Origin: Bdellovibrionales bacterium
Lineage (GTDB): Bacteria > Bdellovibrionota > Bdellovibrionia > Bdellovibrionales > UBA1609
Reading direction: 5' to 3'
Assembly (NCBI GenBank): GCA_041739415.1
Contig: JBGSNU010000038.1
Location: 27,155 to 91,154, forward strand
DNA: 64,000 nt
Numbering within the stretch: position 1 is the first letter of the stretch; every line of letters starts with the position of its first letter. The position numbers and the translations under genes were made by a program. Of the stretch, positions 10,420 through 20,545 are shown piece after piece. Below the pieces are notes generated by a model, which was given only the letters and a program-made list of their open reading frames with translations, had not been told where the DNA came from and did no database searches.

Positions 10420-11955
10420 ATGAAAATCGCTCTAAAAAAGGCCACCAAAGCCGAACACTCCACGTTAGTCGTGTACATCGCTAAGGACCAAAAGTCTGGA
10501 CCTATCGTACCGAGTCATTTAACTGCTGGACTCGCCGACCTACTCAAAACGGCAAGTGCGGACATTGGCTTTGTTGGCGACAAAAAAGAAGCTGCTTTTT
10601 TTCGAGCGTGCGATGTGGATGGCTACAAGAACGTGCTGTTGATGGGCCTTGGTGACTCGACCAAAGTTGAGCCGGAGTCCTTACGAACAGTAGCCGCGAT
10701 GACTTTGGGATCACTGCGCGGACACAAAGTGAGTTCAGCTGCAGTTATGGGCGAAAGCTTGCTCCAGTTTGCTGCATCGCCCGATTTGAGCTTACAGGCT
10801 TTCGCTGAAGGATTGGGATTGTCCGACTATGAGTACAGCGAACTCAAATCCAAGCCAAAAATTAAACCCGCTGCCAACAAAAAGTCCGCTCCTGCAAAAT
10901 TGGACCAAGTTCACATCGTCTTTCCAGTCGAGCCCCAAGCCACGCTGGTCAAGGCTGTGCAACGAGCGCAAGTTTTAAGCGATACACAAAACTTTGTCCG
11001 CTGGCTGGGCGACTCACCCGGTAATTTCATGACCCCTGCTATCTTGGCTCGAGAGACGGTGAAGGCCGCCAAAGGGACAAAGCTGAAAGTCACAATTTGG
11101 AACAAGGCACGGATTGCGAAAGAGAAGCTCGGTGGCCTTTTAGCCGTGGCGAAAGGCAGCTCAGAGGAGCCTCGCTTTATTGTGATGGAGTACAATGGGG
11201 CCGGCAAAAATCAGCGGCCTGTTTGCTTTGTTGGCAAAGGCCTAACTTTTGATACGGGTGGAATTAGCATTAAGCCCTCGGCCTCGATGGAGGAGATGAA
11301 GTACGATATGTGTGGCGGCGCTGCCGTGATCGGAACCCTGCTGGCACTCGCTCGTCTGAAGGCAAAGGTAAACGTAATCGGTTTGGTTCCATCCACTGAG
11401 AACATGCCTGGTCCAGATGCCATCAAGCCTGGTGATGTTTACTTTGCCCGCAACGGCAAGTCGGTGGAGGTCTTCAACACAGACGCCGAAGGTCGATTGA
11501 TTCTGGGCGATGCCTTGGTTTATGGGAGTGAGCGCAAACCCGTAGCGATGTTTGATGCAGCCACACTTACAGGGGCCATTTTAATTGCCCTCGGCAATAC
11601 GTACTCTGGCGTCTTTACCAGAGACCAAAAATTGATGGAACGCATTCAAGCGGCTTCGCAACGCTCGGGTGAACGCGTGTGGCCTATGCCCCTCGATGAT
11701 TACCACGTCGAAGACATCAAGGGCACACATGCCGATCTTTGCAATATTTCGGCGGGCCGCTTGGCCGGCAGCTCGACCGCTGCGGCTTTTCTTGAAGCCT
11801 TTGTCGGGGAGGGAATTCCCTGGGCGCACTTTGATATCGCCGGTACGGCTTGGAATGTGACAGGGCGCTTACCCTATCATCCCAAGAAAAGTGCCTCTGG
11901 CGTTATCATGCGGACTTTTGTCGAATTGGCCGAAAGCTACGGAACCCGTAGCTAA
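10420..11955 (+). CDS. pepA: Leucyl aminopeptidase (M17)
   Basis: VGKGLTFDTGGISIK, MKYDMCG, NTDAEGRL. Confidence 0.95.
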   Translation: MKIALKKATKAEHSTLVVYIAKDQKSGPIVPSHLTAGLADLLKTASADIGFVGDKKEAAFFRACDVDGYKNVLLMGLGDSTKVEPESLRTVAAMTLGSLRGHKVSSAAVMGESLLQFAASPDLSLQAFAEGLGLSDYEYSELKSKPKIKPAANKKSAPAKLDQVHIVFPVEPQATLVKAVQRAQVLSDTQNFVRWLGDSPGNFMTPAILARETVKAAKGTKLKVTIWNKARIAKEKLGGLLAVAKGSSEEPRFIVMEYNGAGKNQRPVCFVGKGLTFDTGGISIKPSASMEEMKYDMCGGAAVIGTLLALARLKAKVNVIGLVPSTENMPGPDAIKPGDVYFARNGKSVEVFNTDAEGRLILGDALVYGSERKPVAMFDAATLTGAILIALGNTYSGVFTRDQKLMERIQAASQRSGERVWPMPLDDYHVEDIKGTHADLCNISAGRLAGSSTAAAFLEAFVGEGIPWAHFDIAGTAWNVTGRLPYHPKKSASGVIMRTFVELAESYGTRS

Positions 11956-12995
11956 AGGGTCTTAGCATCTATTACGAACCGAAATTTTACATCCCCGCTC
12001 ACAGTGCGCTCATAGGCTTCATTGATCTTTGAGGCGGGGATCAGCTCGATTTCAGAAAAGACTTTCTTACGGGCACAAAAATCCAACATCTCCTGGGTCT
12101 CTCGAATGCCACCGATTAATGAGCCCGTCAGACGTTTGCGACCCATAATCAGCGCGCCCGCCGAAACCTGATTGGGCGTTGGTGCCACTCCAAGCAGCAC
12201 ATGGGTGCCATCGACTTTAAGGGAATTCAAATAGGGTGTGAAGTCATGCTCCGCCGACACAGTATCCAAAATTAAATCTAGCGTGCCCACCCAGGGCGCA
12301 AACTGCTCAGGATCGCGAGTCATCACAAAATGTTTAGCGCCCAACCGCTTTGCATCTGCCGCCTTCTTAGCCGAGGTGCTGAAGACCAAAACCTCGGCAC
12401 CCATGGCCTTGGCCAACTGAATCGCCATATGGCCGAGACCCCCGAGCCCCACCACTCCAACCTTCATCCCCTTGCGCACTTTATAGCGCTTCAGTGGAGA
12501 GTAGGTGGTAATGCCCGCACACAAGAGCGGAGCCACGCGCTCAAGCGGCAGACCCTTCTTAATCTTCAACACATAGTTCTGTTTGACCGTGATCAGCGAA
12601 GAGTAGCCGCCGTAAGTTGGCGTGACGCCGTCCAACTCTTGACTCGCATAAGTAAACACACATTTGGTTTGGCAAAACTGCTCCTCATGGGATTTGCAGC
12701 TACTGCACTTGCCACAAGAATCCACAAAGCAGCCGACGCCAGCGAGATCGCCCACTTTAAATTTTCTGACCTTCTTGCCGACTCTAACCACTCGACCAAC
12801 AATCTCGTGCCCAGGGACACATGGGTATTCCACATCACCCCACTCCCCTCGAGCCGTGTGAATATCCGAATGGCAAATTCCACAGTAAGCGATCTCAATC
12901 ACCACATCGGTGGGATTAGGTTCACGCCTTTTTATAGTTAAGGATTTTAAGGGAGTTTGAGGAGAGACTACGCCGTAAGCTTTTGTTTCAATCAT
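11952..12995 (-). CDS. Zn-dependent NAD(P) alcohol dehydrogenase / aldehyde reductase (CAD/YahK-like)
   Basis: CGICHSD, GHEIVG, structural Zn cysteines, APLLCAGITTYSPL, GLGGLG. Confidence 0.93.
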   Translation of the reverse strand: MIETKAYGVVSPQTPLKSLTIKRREPNPTDVVIEIAYCGICHSDIHTARGEWGDVEYPCVPGHEIVGRVVRVGKKVRKFKVGDLAGVGCFVDSCGKCSSCKSHEEQFCQTKCVFTYASQELDGVTPTYGGYSSLITVKQNYVLKIKKGLPLERVAPLLCAGITTYSPLKRYKVRKGMKVGVVGLGGLGHMAIQLAKAMGAEVLVFSTSAKKAADAKRLGAKHFVMTRDPEQFAPWVGTLDLILDTVSAEHDFTPYLNSLKVDGTHVLLGVAPTPNQVSAGALIMGRKRLTGSLIGGIRETQEMLDFCARKKVFSEIELIPASKINEAYERTVSGDVKFRFVIDAKTL

Positions 12996-13039
12996 CCGCG
13001 TAGTCTGCAGGTGATCTTACAATAAGGGAATAAGTGTCG

Positions 13040-14299
13040 CTATGCGCATGGACCACCGGGAAGGTAGTTCAAAAACTCCACGCCCAACTCCTCGGCTTCT
13101 TTTGCCACGGACAAAAAGGCCAATTTGGCAACCCAACCATAAGAGTTCTCCATGGGGCAACCCTCCAGTTTCACCTTTAGGTCGGCAATACATAGGCGTT
13201 GAAACACAGCTCCCGGAGAATTGAGACTTTGCTCATCGTCCTTTTCTCCATGCGTGCGCAAAAAACCACCCGCCAACTGACATCCAATCATATAGATGAC
13301 CGGTTCGGCCGTGCGACCATCAGCTCCAAGCACTGTAGTGGGGATTCCCTCTTGAATGATGACTTCGCTGACCTCGCGGCCGCCCTTCGCGGCCTTCATT
13401 TTCTTACGAGACTTGTAGTTCCAGGCACGAATCTCAGCCGGCGACTTCACCTGAATCACCCCTAAACCATAGGTGCCGGCATTGTTCTTGATAAATAAGA
13501 ATGGATCGCGGTCAATCCCACGCTGGACATAGTTCTTTTTGATTCGATCATAGACGTTTTGTGCGTGCACGGCCAATTGCTCGCGGCTGTTTTCATCATC
13601 GACTTCAAAATTCAAAAAAACTTCGGTCTCAACCTGTAGGAGCCAGGGATCCAATTGGACAAGGTCTGCAAACTCAGCCGCGAATTGATTGTACACTTTA
13701 AAGAAGCGCTCTTTGCGCCGACGATACCAACCCAACTCGCGCGGTGGATTTATCGCCGCCTGAAGGCCAGTGGCCCAGTCTTCATATTCTGTACTGAAAT
13801 CGTTGTTTGAAACGATCAAGTCCGGCACAAACCCACTGGCCTCAATACCACCTGCAACTCGTTTGGCGGAGTGAACCTCTAAAGTTTCTCCCGAGGCGTT
13901 CATAACTTTAAGTGGGGCATCTAGGGGCTTTGGGATAGCCAAGCGCAACTCTCGCCCCGACCCCTTTAGAATTCCAGAGAGCACTGCCACGTTATCCCAA
14001 TAGTAGGGATTCTGGGTGTGCTCCTCAGTTAAAAGCAAAATTTTACGCACAGAGGTGCCATAGTGCGAATCAATAAACTGCTTGGCCAGCTCTGTCGATT
14101 CTTCGCGATCCATATGACAGATGTTATTGAACCCCGCCGGAAAAATATTGGCATCCACCGGGCCCACTTTAAAGCCCGCATCGCGTATGTCAAAACTTGA
14201 ATAGATGGGGAACTTTAGTCGCTCACTCCGAGAGCTAAACCACTGAGTGACCTTCTCTTTTTTAGCGAGAATTTTTTCATGTATACCCTGGTGATTCAT
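13040..14299 (-). CDS. gshA: Glutamate-cysteine ligase (ATP-grasp-type GshA)
   Basis: YSSFDIRDAGFKVGPVDANIFPAGFNN, GTYGLG, IIQEG, GGFLRTH...LNSPG. Confidence 0.85.
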   Translation of the reverse strand: MNHQGIHEKILAKKEKVTQWFSSRSERLKFPIYSSFDIRDAGFKVGPVDANIFPAGFNNICHMDREESTELAKQFIDSHYGTSVRKILLLTEEHTQNPYYWDNVAVLSGILKGSGRELRLAIPKPLDAPLKVMNASGETLEVHSAKRVAGGIEASGFVPDLIVSNNDFSTEYEDWATGLQAAINPPRELGWYRRRKERFFKVYNQFAAEFADLVQLDPWLLQVETEVFLNFEVDDENSREQLAVHAQNVYDRIKKNYVQRGIDRDPFLFIKNNAGTYGLGVIQVKSPAEIRAWNYKSRKKMKAAKGGREVSEVIIQEGIPTTVLGADGRTAEPVIYMIGCQLAGGFLRTHGEKDDEQSLNSPGAVFQRLCIADLKVKLEGCPMENSYGWVAKLAFLSVAKEAEELGVEFLNYLPGGPCA

Positions 14300-15357
14300 T
14301 TCTTCCTCTTTGGTGCTGGCACTGGATCCACCAATCTCCCCTCACGTCGCAAGCCTTGCCGCTTTTTCGCCTCAGGCGTCAGCGGAATTCCATCGGCCAT
14401 CTGCATAAGCTCGCTTTGAATTCTAGTTTCAGTCTTGTCTAGAAGAGCAAACACAGAATCGACTCGAGTGTTGGGCATCGGTAAGCGAATTTTGCGCAGT
14501 TCATTTAAAGTTTGCAAGGCTCTGGTTAAAAATTCGCGATTTTGCCTTTGGTCGTCAAACTTAAACCGCCAGAGATTGTCATAGGCGGTTCGAAGATCTT
14601 CTGTCGACTTGTTTGACCACTGACTGTGGTTGAGCTCAATACTTTGCAAGAGATACGGCTGTTGCACCGCCAGAGATTTTAAAAAGGCAATCGGTTCAAC
14701 CTCCGCCTTCCGCTGAGTCGGACTGAGTCGGCCCATAAAAAACAGCGTTCGACTCACTCGCTCAATTTGTTGCGATTGCCCGTCGAGACTCACAACTCGT
14801 TTTAAACCCCGGCCGGCCTCATTGAAATAATGCAAAGCTCGAGCGCGATTGCCGATGCGAGCGTACGCCGCCGCCAAGCGCGCCGGAAGTTCAGCCGCTC
14901 GAATTTCAACCGACAGTTCTTTGCTTCGCTTTCGCGCATCGATCATGGCGGGAATCGCTTTGGTGTCTTGCTCTAAACACTCGTACATTAAACTCGCGCG
15001 GTAAAGCGCCTCAGCCTCGATGCGATTAAACTTGCCAGCTGAGCTCTTGACCACACGCCGATAGCGATCGAGCGCCTGCTTGCATTCGCCTAAACCCTCG
15101 CGGGCCGCTCCGGCATTGTACAGAGTGACCAAATCCAACTCTGTGGCCGGCTGCTGCACCAGCAGTCGATCAAAGATTTCTGCAGCCGCGCTATAGTTCT
15201 CCGCCTCTAAGGCCTGCATGCCACGGCTGAAAGCTTGAGACTCAGAAGCCTCTTCCTTCAGCGAATCGCGGAGATCTGGTTTCTTTGTCTGAGTTGCACA
15301 ACCCAGAGTTGCAGCAACCACAAGCCCTATCGTCCACTTCAATTCACGCACGTGCAT
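14296..15357 (-). CDS. TPR-repeat lipoprotein
   Basis: Lipobox TLGC after a hydrophobic stretch; TPR-like helices; overlaps gshA start. Confidence 0.75.
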   Translation of the reverse strand: MHVRELKWTIGLVVAATLGCATQTKKPDLRDSLKEEASESQAFSRGMQALEAENYSAAAEIFDRLLVQQPATELDLVTLYNAGAAREGLGECKQALDRYRRVVKSSAGKFNRIEAEALYRASLMYECLEQDTKAIPAMIDARKRSKELSVEIRAAELPARLAAAYARIGNRARALHYFNEAGRGLKRVVSLDGQSQQIERVSRTLFFMGRLSPTQRKAEVEPIAFLKSLAVQQPYLLQSIELNHSQWSNKSTEDLRTAYDNLWRFKFDDQRQNREFLTRALQTLNELRKIRLPMPNTRVDSVFALLDKTETRIQSELMQMADGIPLTPEAKKRQGLRREGRLVDPVPAPKRKK

Positions 15358-16429
15358 CTCCCCATTTTTCGCGCAACAGCTCGGTGATTCGTCGCAAGTC
15401 CTCAAGCCCCTGCACCGATTGCTGAAACTCCATGAGCTTCATGACTGGCAACTGCTTCGCCAACTGCTGCTCAAATCGTTCAAAGCCCTCGCGGCGGTGT
15501 TGAAAGTACTGGGTGAACTCCGCATGAAAACTCTTGAGGCGCAAAAAATCAGGATCTTTCTCCCAACGCGCAGGCCAGTCACTCTCTCCCTGGGCCCACT
15601 CTGGAAACCACCGATTCAAAATCACACCACTCAAGTGCAAATCTTCAGCCTTCAAGTCCTGCTGGAACTCGAGCGCCTCACGCAGTTTCGACGAGTCATA
15701 GCCCGTGACCAATAAAAAACCGGTATCGGGAGAATGTAAGACTTCTCCCACGGCCCGGCTGACGTCTCCCACTTTGCTTTGCAAATGCGAGAGGTGATCA
15801 AAAAAATCTTTTAACTCCACAATAAACACACTGCCTGTCAATGCCTCGAGCGCCGACGTGACCATTCGAGTGCCACGATTCAAAGTGCGCCGAATAAACC
15901 CCTGGTCTCCACCGCCCCGGTTGGCAAACCAGCCAATCACTGAATCCTGAAACAGGGCATAGAGTCGATCTGAGGCTCGCAAAAAATCGACTGCGTTTTG
16001 CGCGGGAGGAGTGTCCAACACCACCAAGTCATAGTCCCCCGAACGGGCCGCATTCAGGAGACGCAGCAAAGAAGTGAACTCCTGATTGCCATTGAGATTC
16101 GAAACCAGCTGTTGATAGAGGCGATTTTTAAACAGACCTTTGGCAATGCCACTGTCGACGGAGCCCAAGACAAATTCATCAAACTCGCGGCGAGCATCGA
16201 TCATCAACGCTGATAACCGCTCCACTCCGGGCACTTGCACAATTTGTCCGGGATGCGCGCGAATCCCCAACGACTGGGCCAGGCGCTGAGCGGGGTCAAT
16301 TGTCAGCACTAGAGTTCTCAATCCTGAGTCTGCAGCCAAGAGTGCAATGCTCGCAGAGAGTGTCGTCTTGCCTACGCCCCCACTGCCAACACAAATGATC
16401 ACTTTATGGGACTTTAACAACTCAATCAT
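15344..16429 (-). CDS. ArsA/Get3-family ATPase (subunit B)
   Basis: GSGGVGKTT, TIDPAQRLAQSLG, LDTPP. Confidence 0.9.
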   Translation of the reverse strand: MIELLKSHKVIICVGSGGVGKTTLSASIALLAADSGLRTLVLTIDPAQRLAQSLGIRAHPGQIVQVPGVERLSALMIDARREFDEFVLGSVDSGIAKGLFKNRLYQQLVSNLNGNQEFTSLLRLLNAARSGDYDLVVLDTPPAQNAVDFLRASDRLYALFQDSVIGWFANRGGGDQGFIRRTLNRGTRMVTSALEALTGSVFIVELKDFFDHLSHLQSKVGDVSRAVGEVLHSPDTGFLLVTGYDSSKLREALEFQQDLKAEDLHLSGVILNRWFPEWAQGESDWPARWEKDPDFLRLKSFHAEFTQYFQHRREGFERFEQQLAKQLPVMKLMEFQQSVQGLEDLRRITELLREKWGDARA

Positions 16430-17280
16430 AGAGACTGCTTCTCCCAATGAGTCGACAATTGCCGAATCTGATCTGGCAAATTCGGCGCAAATAGCCAGGG
16501 CAAGATCTGTCCCTTAAGGCCACGCTGCTGAATCCGCGCCAACAACTCCGACTGTTGACCGAGCTGCAAAGTTAAGTAATCGGCAAAGTTATGCCCCGCA
16601 AATTTTTTCAGTTCTGCCGGCGTCAGTGGACAGTCCAACCACCGGTTCAAAACCAACTGGGGCCGCTGCTCGAGCTCAGTTTCAATATCCTTTGCCAGCT
16701 CTAGACCCTCGGTCACCGGCAGATCCTCTGGCAGCATAACGACATAGAACCGAGTGAACTTTGGGTCATGCATCACCCGAACAATCGAGCGCGACTGCTC
16801 ACCCATCGGACCCATGGGTATCGCTTCACCTAATCCAATGGGAGCTCGCCAAAGCGCTCGAAAATGTCCTGTGGCATAACTATCAATCACCAGATCATCG
16901 TAGGGAATCGGTGGACCTATTCGCCTCGGTCCGCTGGTGATCTTACCCAGTAAAGCCAACTCTTTGAGGGCGGGCGCCGCTTGAACGAGCGCTCGCATAA
17001 TTCGATTGTCAAAAAACAGCTTCACCACTTTTTCGATGCGGATAAAGTGCTGAATATATTCGCGCAGACAAGCCTCACCTTCCCAGCGGACCAAACTCAG
17101 ATGACTGGTGATGCTTACCGGGTGGTAGCCAACCTCGGTTTGAAATATATGACGAAAGTAGCTGCGCTCGCCCAACTCCACCAGGAGCGTGCGACGCCCC
17201 TCATTCGCCAAACGCCAAGCCAACGCAGCCGCCACGGCCGACTTGCCCACACCGCCCTTACCCGACACAAAATGAATCAT
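16426..17280 (-). CDS. ArsA/Get3-family ATPase (subunit A)
   Basis: SGKGGVGKS, IDSYATGH, LPEDLPVTE; ATGA overlap with the next paralog. Confidence 0.9.
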   Translation of the reverse strand: MIHFVSGKGGVGKSAVAAALAWRLANEGRRTLLVELGERSYFRHIFQTEVGYHPVSITSHLSLVRWEGEACLREYIQHFIRIEKVVKLFFDNRIMRALVQAAPALKELALLGKITSGPRRIGPPIPYDDLVIDSYATGHFRALWRAPIGLGEAIPMGPMGEQSRSIVRVMHDPKFTRFYVVMLPEDLPVTEGLELAKDIETELEQRPQLVLNRWLDCPLTPAELKKFAGHNFADYLTLQLGQQSELLARIQQRGLKGQILPWLFAPNLPDQIRQLSTHWEKQSL

Positions 17281-17373
17281 GAGGAATTCCTTGCGCTGCG
17301 CCACTGCCGGCCCTTAGCAGTTGGCAAACCGCAGCATCGACGGTATAGGAGTGCAGACTTCAAAGGAGAATCC

Positions 17374-18684
17374 ATGAAAGCGACCGTAGATAAACTTCCT
17401 GGTTTGTCACGCAAACTCAATGTTGAAATCCCCGCCGAAAAGGTTCAGCAAGCGTTCGATAAAGTCTATAAGGCAATCCAAAAAAAGGCCAACATAAAGG
17501 GCTTCCGCCAGGGGAAAGCTCCGATCGCCACGATTAAAACCATTTATGGTGAGCAGGTCAAAAGTGACGTGGTCAACGAGTTGGTGAATGAGGCCTACCA
17601 GTCGGCGCTGGAGGATCACAAAATGGATCCCGTTGGCTATCCAAACATCTCGTTTACCCCCATTGAAGCCGAAAAATCCTTCAACTTTGTGGCGGAATTT
17701 GAGATCCGACCCGATGTGGAATTAAAAAAATATGAGCAACTCAGCATAGTCAAAGAGAAGCTTGAAATTCCAAACGAGAGAATCACTGAAGTTCTAGAGA
17801 ACATTCGCAAGAGTCAGTCGGAGCTCAGCCCTGTTTTTGAAGATCGGCCGCTAGCCGACGGCGATGTGGCAGAGATCAACTTTGCAGGCAGCGTCAACGG
17901 GCAACCGCTACCCAACGGTTCAGCCGAGGGGCATAAACTTGAAATTGGGGCTAAGCAATTCATTGAGGGTTTTGAAGAGGCCTTGGTTGGCATGAAGATC
18001 GGTGAAAATCGCACGGTGAACCTGCGGTTTCCAGAGAACTATCATGAAAAAAGCCTCAGCAACGCTCCCGTGACTTTTGAAGTGAAGCTCACGGGAATCA
18101 AAAAGAAAGTGCTCCCAGAGATCAATGATGAGCTGGCGAAGAAAGTGGGCAACTTCGACTCGCTTGATATTTTGAAAGAGCAAATCCGCAAAGACATTGA
18201 GGCTGGCGAGGCCGATCGAATTCAAGATGATTTGCGCGCTCGAATTTTACAGGCACTCCTCGAGGCGAATCCGGTTGAGGCACCACGCGGTTTAGTCGAA
18301 CAACAAAAACGCACCCTCGTTGAAGATATGAAGTCGCGTATGCGCCAGCAGGGGATGAGTGAGACTGAGTTCGTCGAATACACTCGCAAATGGGACTCAG
18401 AATTTGAAGAGTCTGCAACCTTCATGGTTAAGTCGACATTTTTGCTCGACCATTTGGCTGACAAACTCCAGTTACGAGCCAAGTCCTCTGAGGTTGAAGA
18501 CAAGATCAATCAGTTCGCGCAAGAAAGCGGTGTTGGCATTGACCGAGTCCGTGAGTTTTACTCGACTCCAGAGCAGAGATCTCGCCTGGCCTTTCAAGTG
18601 ACAGAAGAGAAAGTGGTTAAACATTTGATCAGTGTGGCTGCAATCACCGAAGTTTCAAAAGACAAGTTGCCCAAAGAAAAATAA
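17374..18684 (+). CDS. tig: Trigger factor
   Basis: IKGFRQGKAP ribosome-binding motif, FKBP domain FIEGFEEAL; AAGGAG RBS before ATG 17374. Confidence 0.97.
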   Translation: MKATVDKLPGLSRKLNVEIPAEKVQQAFDKVYKAIQKKANIKGFRQGKAPIATIKTIYGEQVKSDVVNELVNEAYQSALEDHKMDPVGYPNISFTPIEAEKSFNFVAEFEIRPDVELKKYEQLSIVKEKLEIPNERITEVLENIRKSQSELSPVFEDRPLADGDVAEINFAGSVNGQPLPNGSAEGHKLEIGAKQFIEGFEEALVGMKIGENRTVNLRFPENYHEKSLSNAPVTFEVKLTGIKKKVLPEINDELAKKVGNFDSLDILKEQIRKDIEAGEADRIQDDLRARILQALLEANPVEAPRGLVEQQKRTLVEDMKSRMRQQGMSETEFVEYTRKWDSEFEESATFMVKSTFLLDHLADKLQLRAKSSEVEDKINQFAQESGVGIDRVREFYSTPEQRSRLAFQVTEEKVVKHLISVAAITEVSKDKLPKEK

Positions 18685-18698
18685 ATTTACCCAGGAGG

Positions 18699-19079
18699 TT
18701 GAGAGTGAAAGTTTTAGCACTATGTTTGTTTGCGGTTGTTTCGTCGTTTGCATTTGCGCAAGGTGCGCCTGACCCTGGCATGCAAGACGATCCCTGCAAC
18801 ATGACTTACAGTGGACGCTACAGCCGCGCCGAGGGGCCTCTGAAAATCCAGTTCAAACGCACCAATGCCAACAACGTGCGTGTGCGCCTCACCTACCGAA
18901 ACGAACGGTTTTACGGCAACGGATACTGCGATGATTCACGCTTTGATTTTGATCTCGACGGTGGCTGGGCTCACTCAGGGCGATTCAGCTGGAACAGCTA
19001 CGGTTACGTAGGTCTTTTGCGTGGCGCCCAGTGGGTCAACGGACGCCAATACCAAACGTTCACTCTCTACCCCAACTAA
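18699..19079 (+). CDS. Small secreted hypothetical protein
   Basis: AGGAGG RBS; signal peptide ending AFA; beta-rich with two Cys in the mature part. Confidence 0.75.
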   Translation: MRVKVLALCLFAVVSSFAFAQGAPDPGMQDDPCNMTYSGRYSRAEGPLKIQFKRTNANNVRVRLTYRNERFYGNGYCDDSRFDFDLDGGWAHSGRFSWNSYGYVGLLRGAQWVNGRQYQTFTLYPN

Positions 19080-20545
19080 TTGCTTTTGGTTGAAGGAGCC
19101 GGTGCCTCAACAGGCGCCTGGCCTGACTGAGAAACTGGCTTTTTTTGATCATCAATCACATACCAGGCCTTTAAGAAATTGTAGGCCTGCTGCGCTTGAA
19201 AATCATCCTTCAGCATCTTGTCTTTAGCTGACAAATTTTTATCTGACTTGTTGTCCGACTCTGTCCACCAGTACTGAACCTTCTTCAACGAGGGCTTGGA
19301 TGGTTTTTCTTTGGCGTTATTTGGTTTGGCGTTGGCCTTCGCTGCGGCTGGACCTGCTCCGTCTTCACCGACCTCGGCATCACCCAAAAGGTGTCCGGCC
19401 ATATCTTTTTCGCGATAGACAGAAGACTTTTTACGGGCGCGATCTAGCACTTCCGTGCTCAAATCTTCAAGCTCAATGTCTGGAACTATACCGTAGGACT
19501 GAATGCTTCGACCATTGGGTGTGTAATAACGACCTACTGTCAATTTTAGGCCGGAGCCATCCCCGAGCTTCACTACCGACTGCACAGACCCTTTGCCAAA
19601 CGAGCGATGTCCCATCACCAGCGCACGTTTGTTGTCTTGTAGAGCGCCGGCCAAAATTTCAGACGCACTGGCGGAGTATTCGTCAATCATAATGATGATG
19701 GGAAAATTCGGCAATGTTCCCACCTTCTTGGCGTGAACAACTTCTTTCTCTTTTTGATTGCGCCCCATAGTGCTGACGATAATCCCCTTTTCAAGAAAGA
19801 GATCACTAATTCGAATTGCTTGATCCAAAAGACCTCCGGGATTGCGTCGGACATCGATAATTAGCCCTTTGGTGTTTTTATATTTTTTCGCATGAGCGCT
19901 GAGCATTCGCTCTAGATCTGAGGCGGAGTTCTCAATAAAACTGGTGAGGCGAATGTAACCGTAGCCATCCTCGAGATCGATGTACTTAACAGATTTGATT
20001 TTGACCGTGCCACGCTCAATGACAAAATCCTTCGGCTCCTCAAAGCCCTCGCGAAACAATCCCAACTTTATCTTCGCTCCACGTCGACCTTTTAATCTTT
20101 GCGCGGCCTCTGCCAAACTAAAACCCTTTGTCGACACCCCATCGATACTGGTGATTTTATCGCCCGCTTGCACACCGGCCTTCCAAGCGGGAGTGTCTTC
20201 GATGGGAGAAATCACGGTGAGGATTCCATTTTGTACGGTGATCTCAATACCGATTCCACCAAACTCACCGGAGGTCTCATTCTCAAATTCACGATAGAGT
20301 TCGGGCGGCAAAAAGTTGGTGTGTGGATCCAACTCACGCAACATTCCCTTAATTCCACCGTAGATCAGTCGCTTGATGTCGACTTCTTCAACGTAGTATT
20401 GCTGAACGAGATTTAGAACTTTCGCAAAGAGTTGCAGCTCCTGATACCGCTCCTCCGCCAAGGCTCTTCCGGTGCGAAGGGTAAAGACTGCGCCAACTGT
20501 TAAACACAGGGTTAGTACGACAAATAGCCAACGTAGATACTTCAT
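19076..20545 (-). CDS. ctpA: Carboxyl-terminal processing protease (S41, PDZ)
   Basis: LDPHT, GGIGI, DVRRNPGGLL, SASASEI, SFGKGSVQ. Confidence 0.93.
   Translation of the reverse strand: MKYLRWLFVVLTLCLTVGAVFTLRTGRALAEERYQELQLFAKVLNLVQQYYVEEVDIKRLIYGGIKGMLRELDPHTNFLPPELYREFENETSGEFGGIGIEITVQNGILTVISPIEDTPAWKAGVQAGDKITSIDGVSTKGFSLAEAAQRLKGRRGAKIKLGLFREGFEEPKDFVIERGTVKIKSVKYIDLEDGYGYIRLTSFIENSASDLERMLSAHAKKYKNTKGLIIDVRRNPGGLLDQAIRISDLFLEKGIIVSTMGRNQKEKEVVHAKKVGTLPNFPIIIMIDEYSASASEILAGALQDNKRALVMGHRSFGKGSVQSVVKLGDGSGLKLTVGRYYTPNGRSIQSYGIVPDIELEDLSTEVLDRARKKSSVYREKDMAGHLLGDAEVGEDGAGPAAAKANAKPNNAKEKPSKPSLKKVQYWWTESDNKSDKNLSAKDKMLKDDFQAQQAYNFLKAWYVIDDQKKPVSQSGQAPVEAPAPSTKSN

Noticed and set aside
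16981-17373. N-terminal extension of the tig ORF (567 aa)
   Set aside because: Overlaps the arsA-like gene on the other strand; strong RBS and canonical start at 17374.
9522-18684. tig separated from and divergent to clpP-clpX-lon
   Set aside because: As far as I recall this matches the Bdellovibrio arrangement; a simple rearrangement, not a new system.
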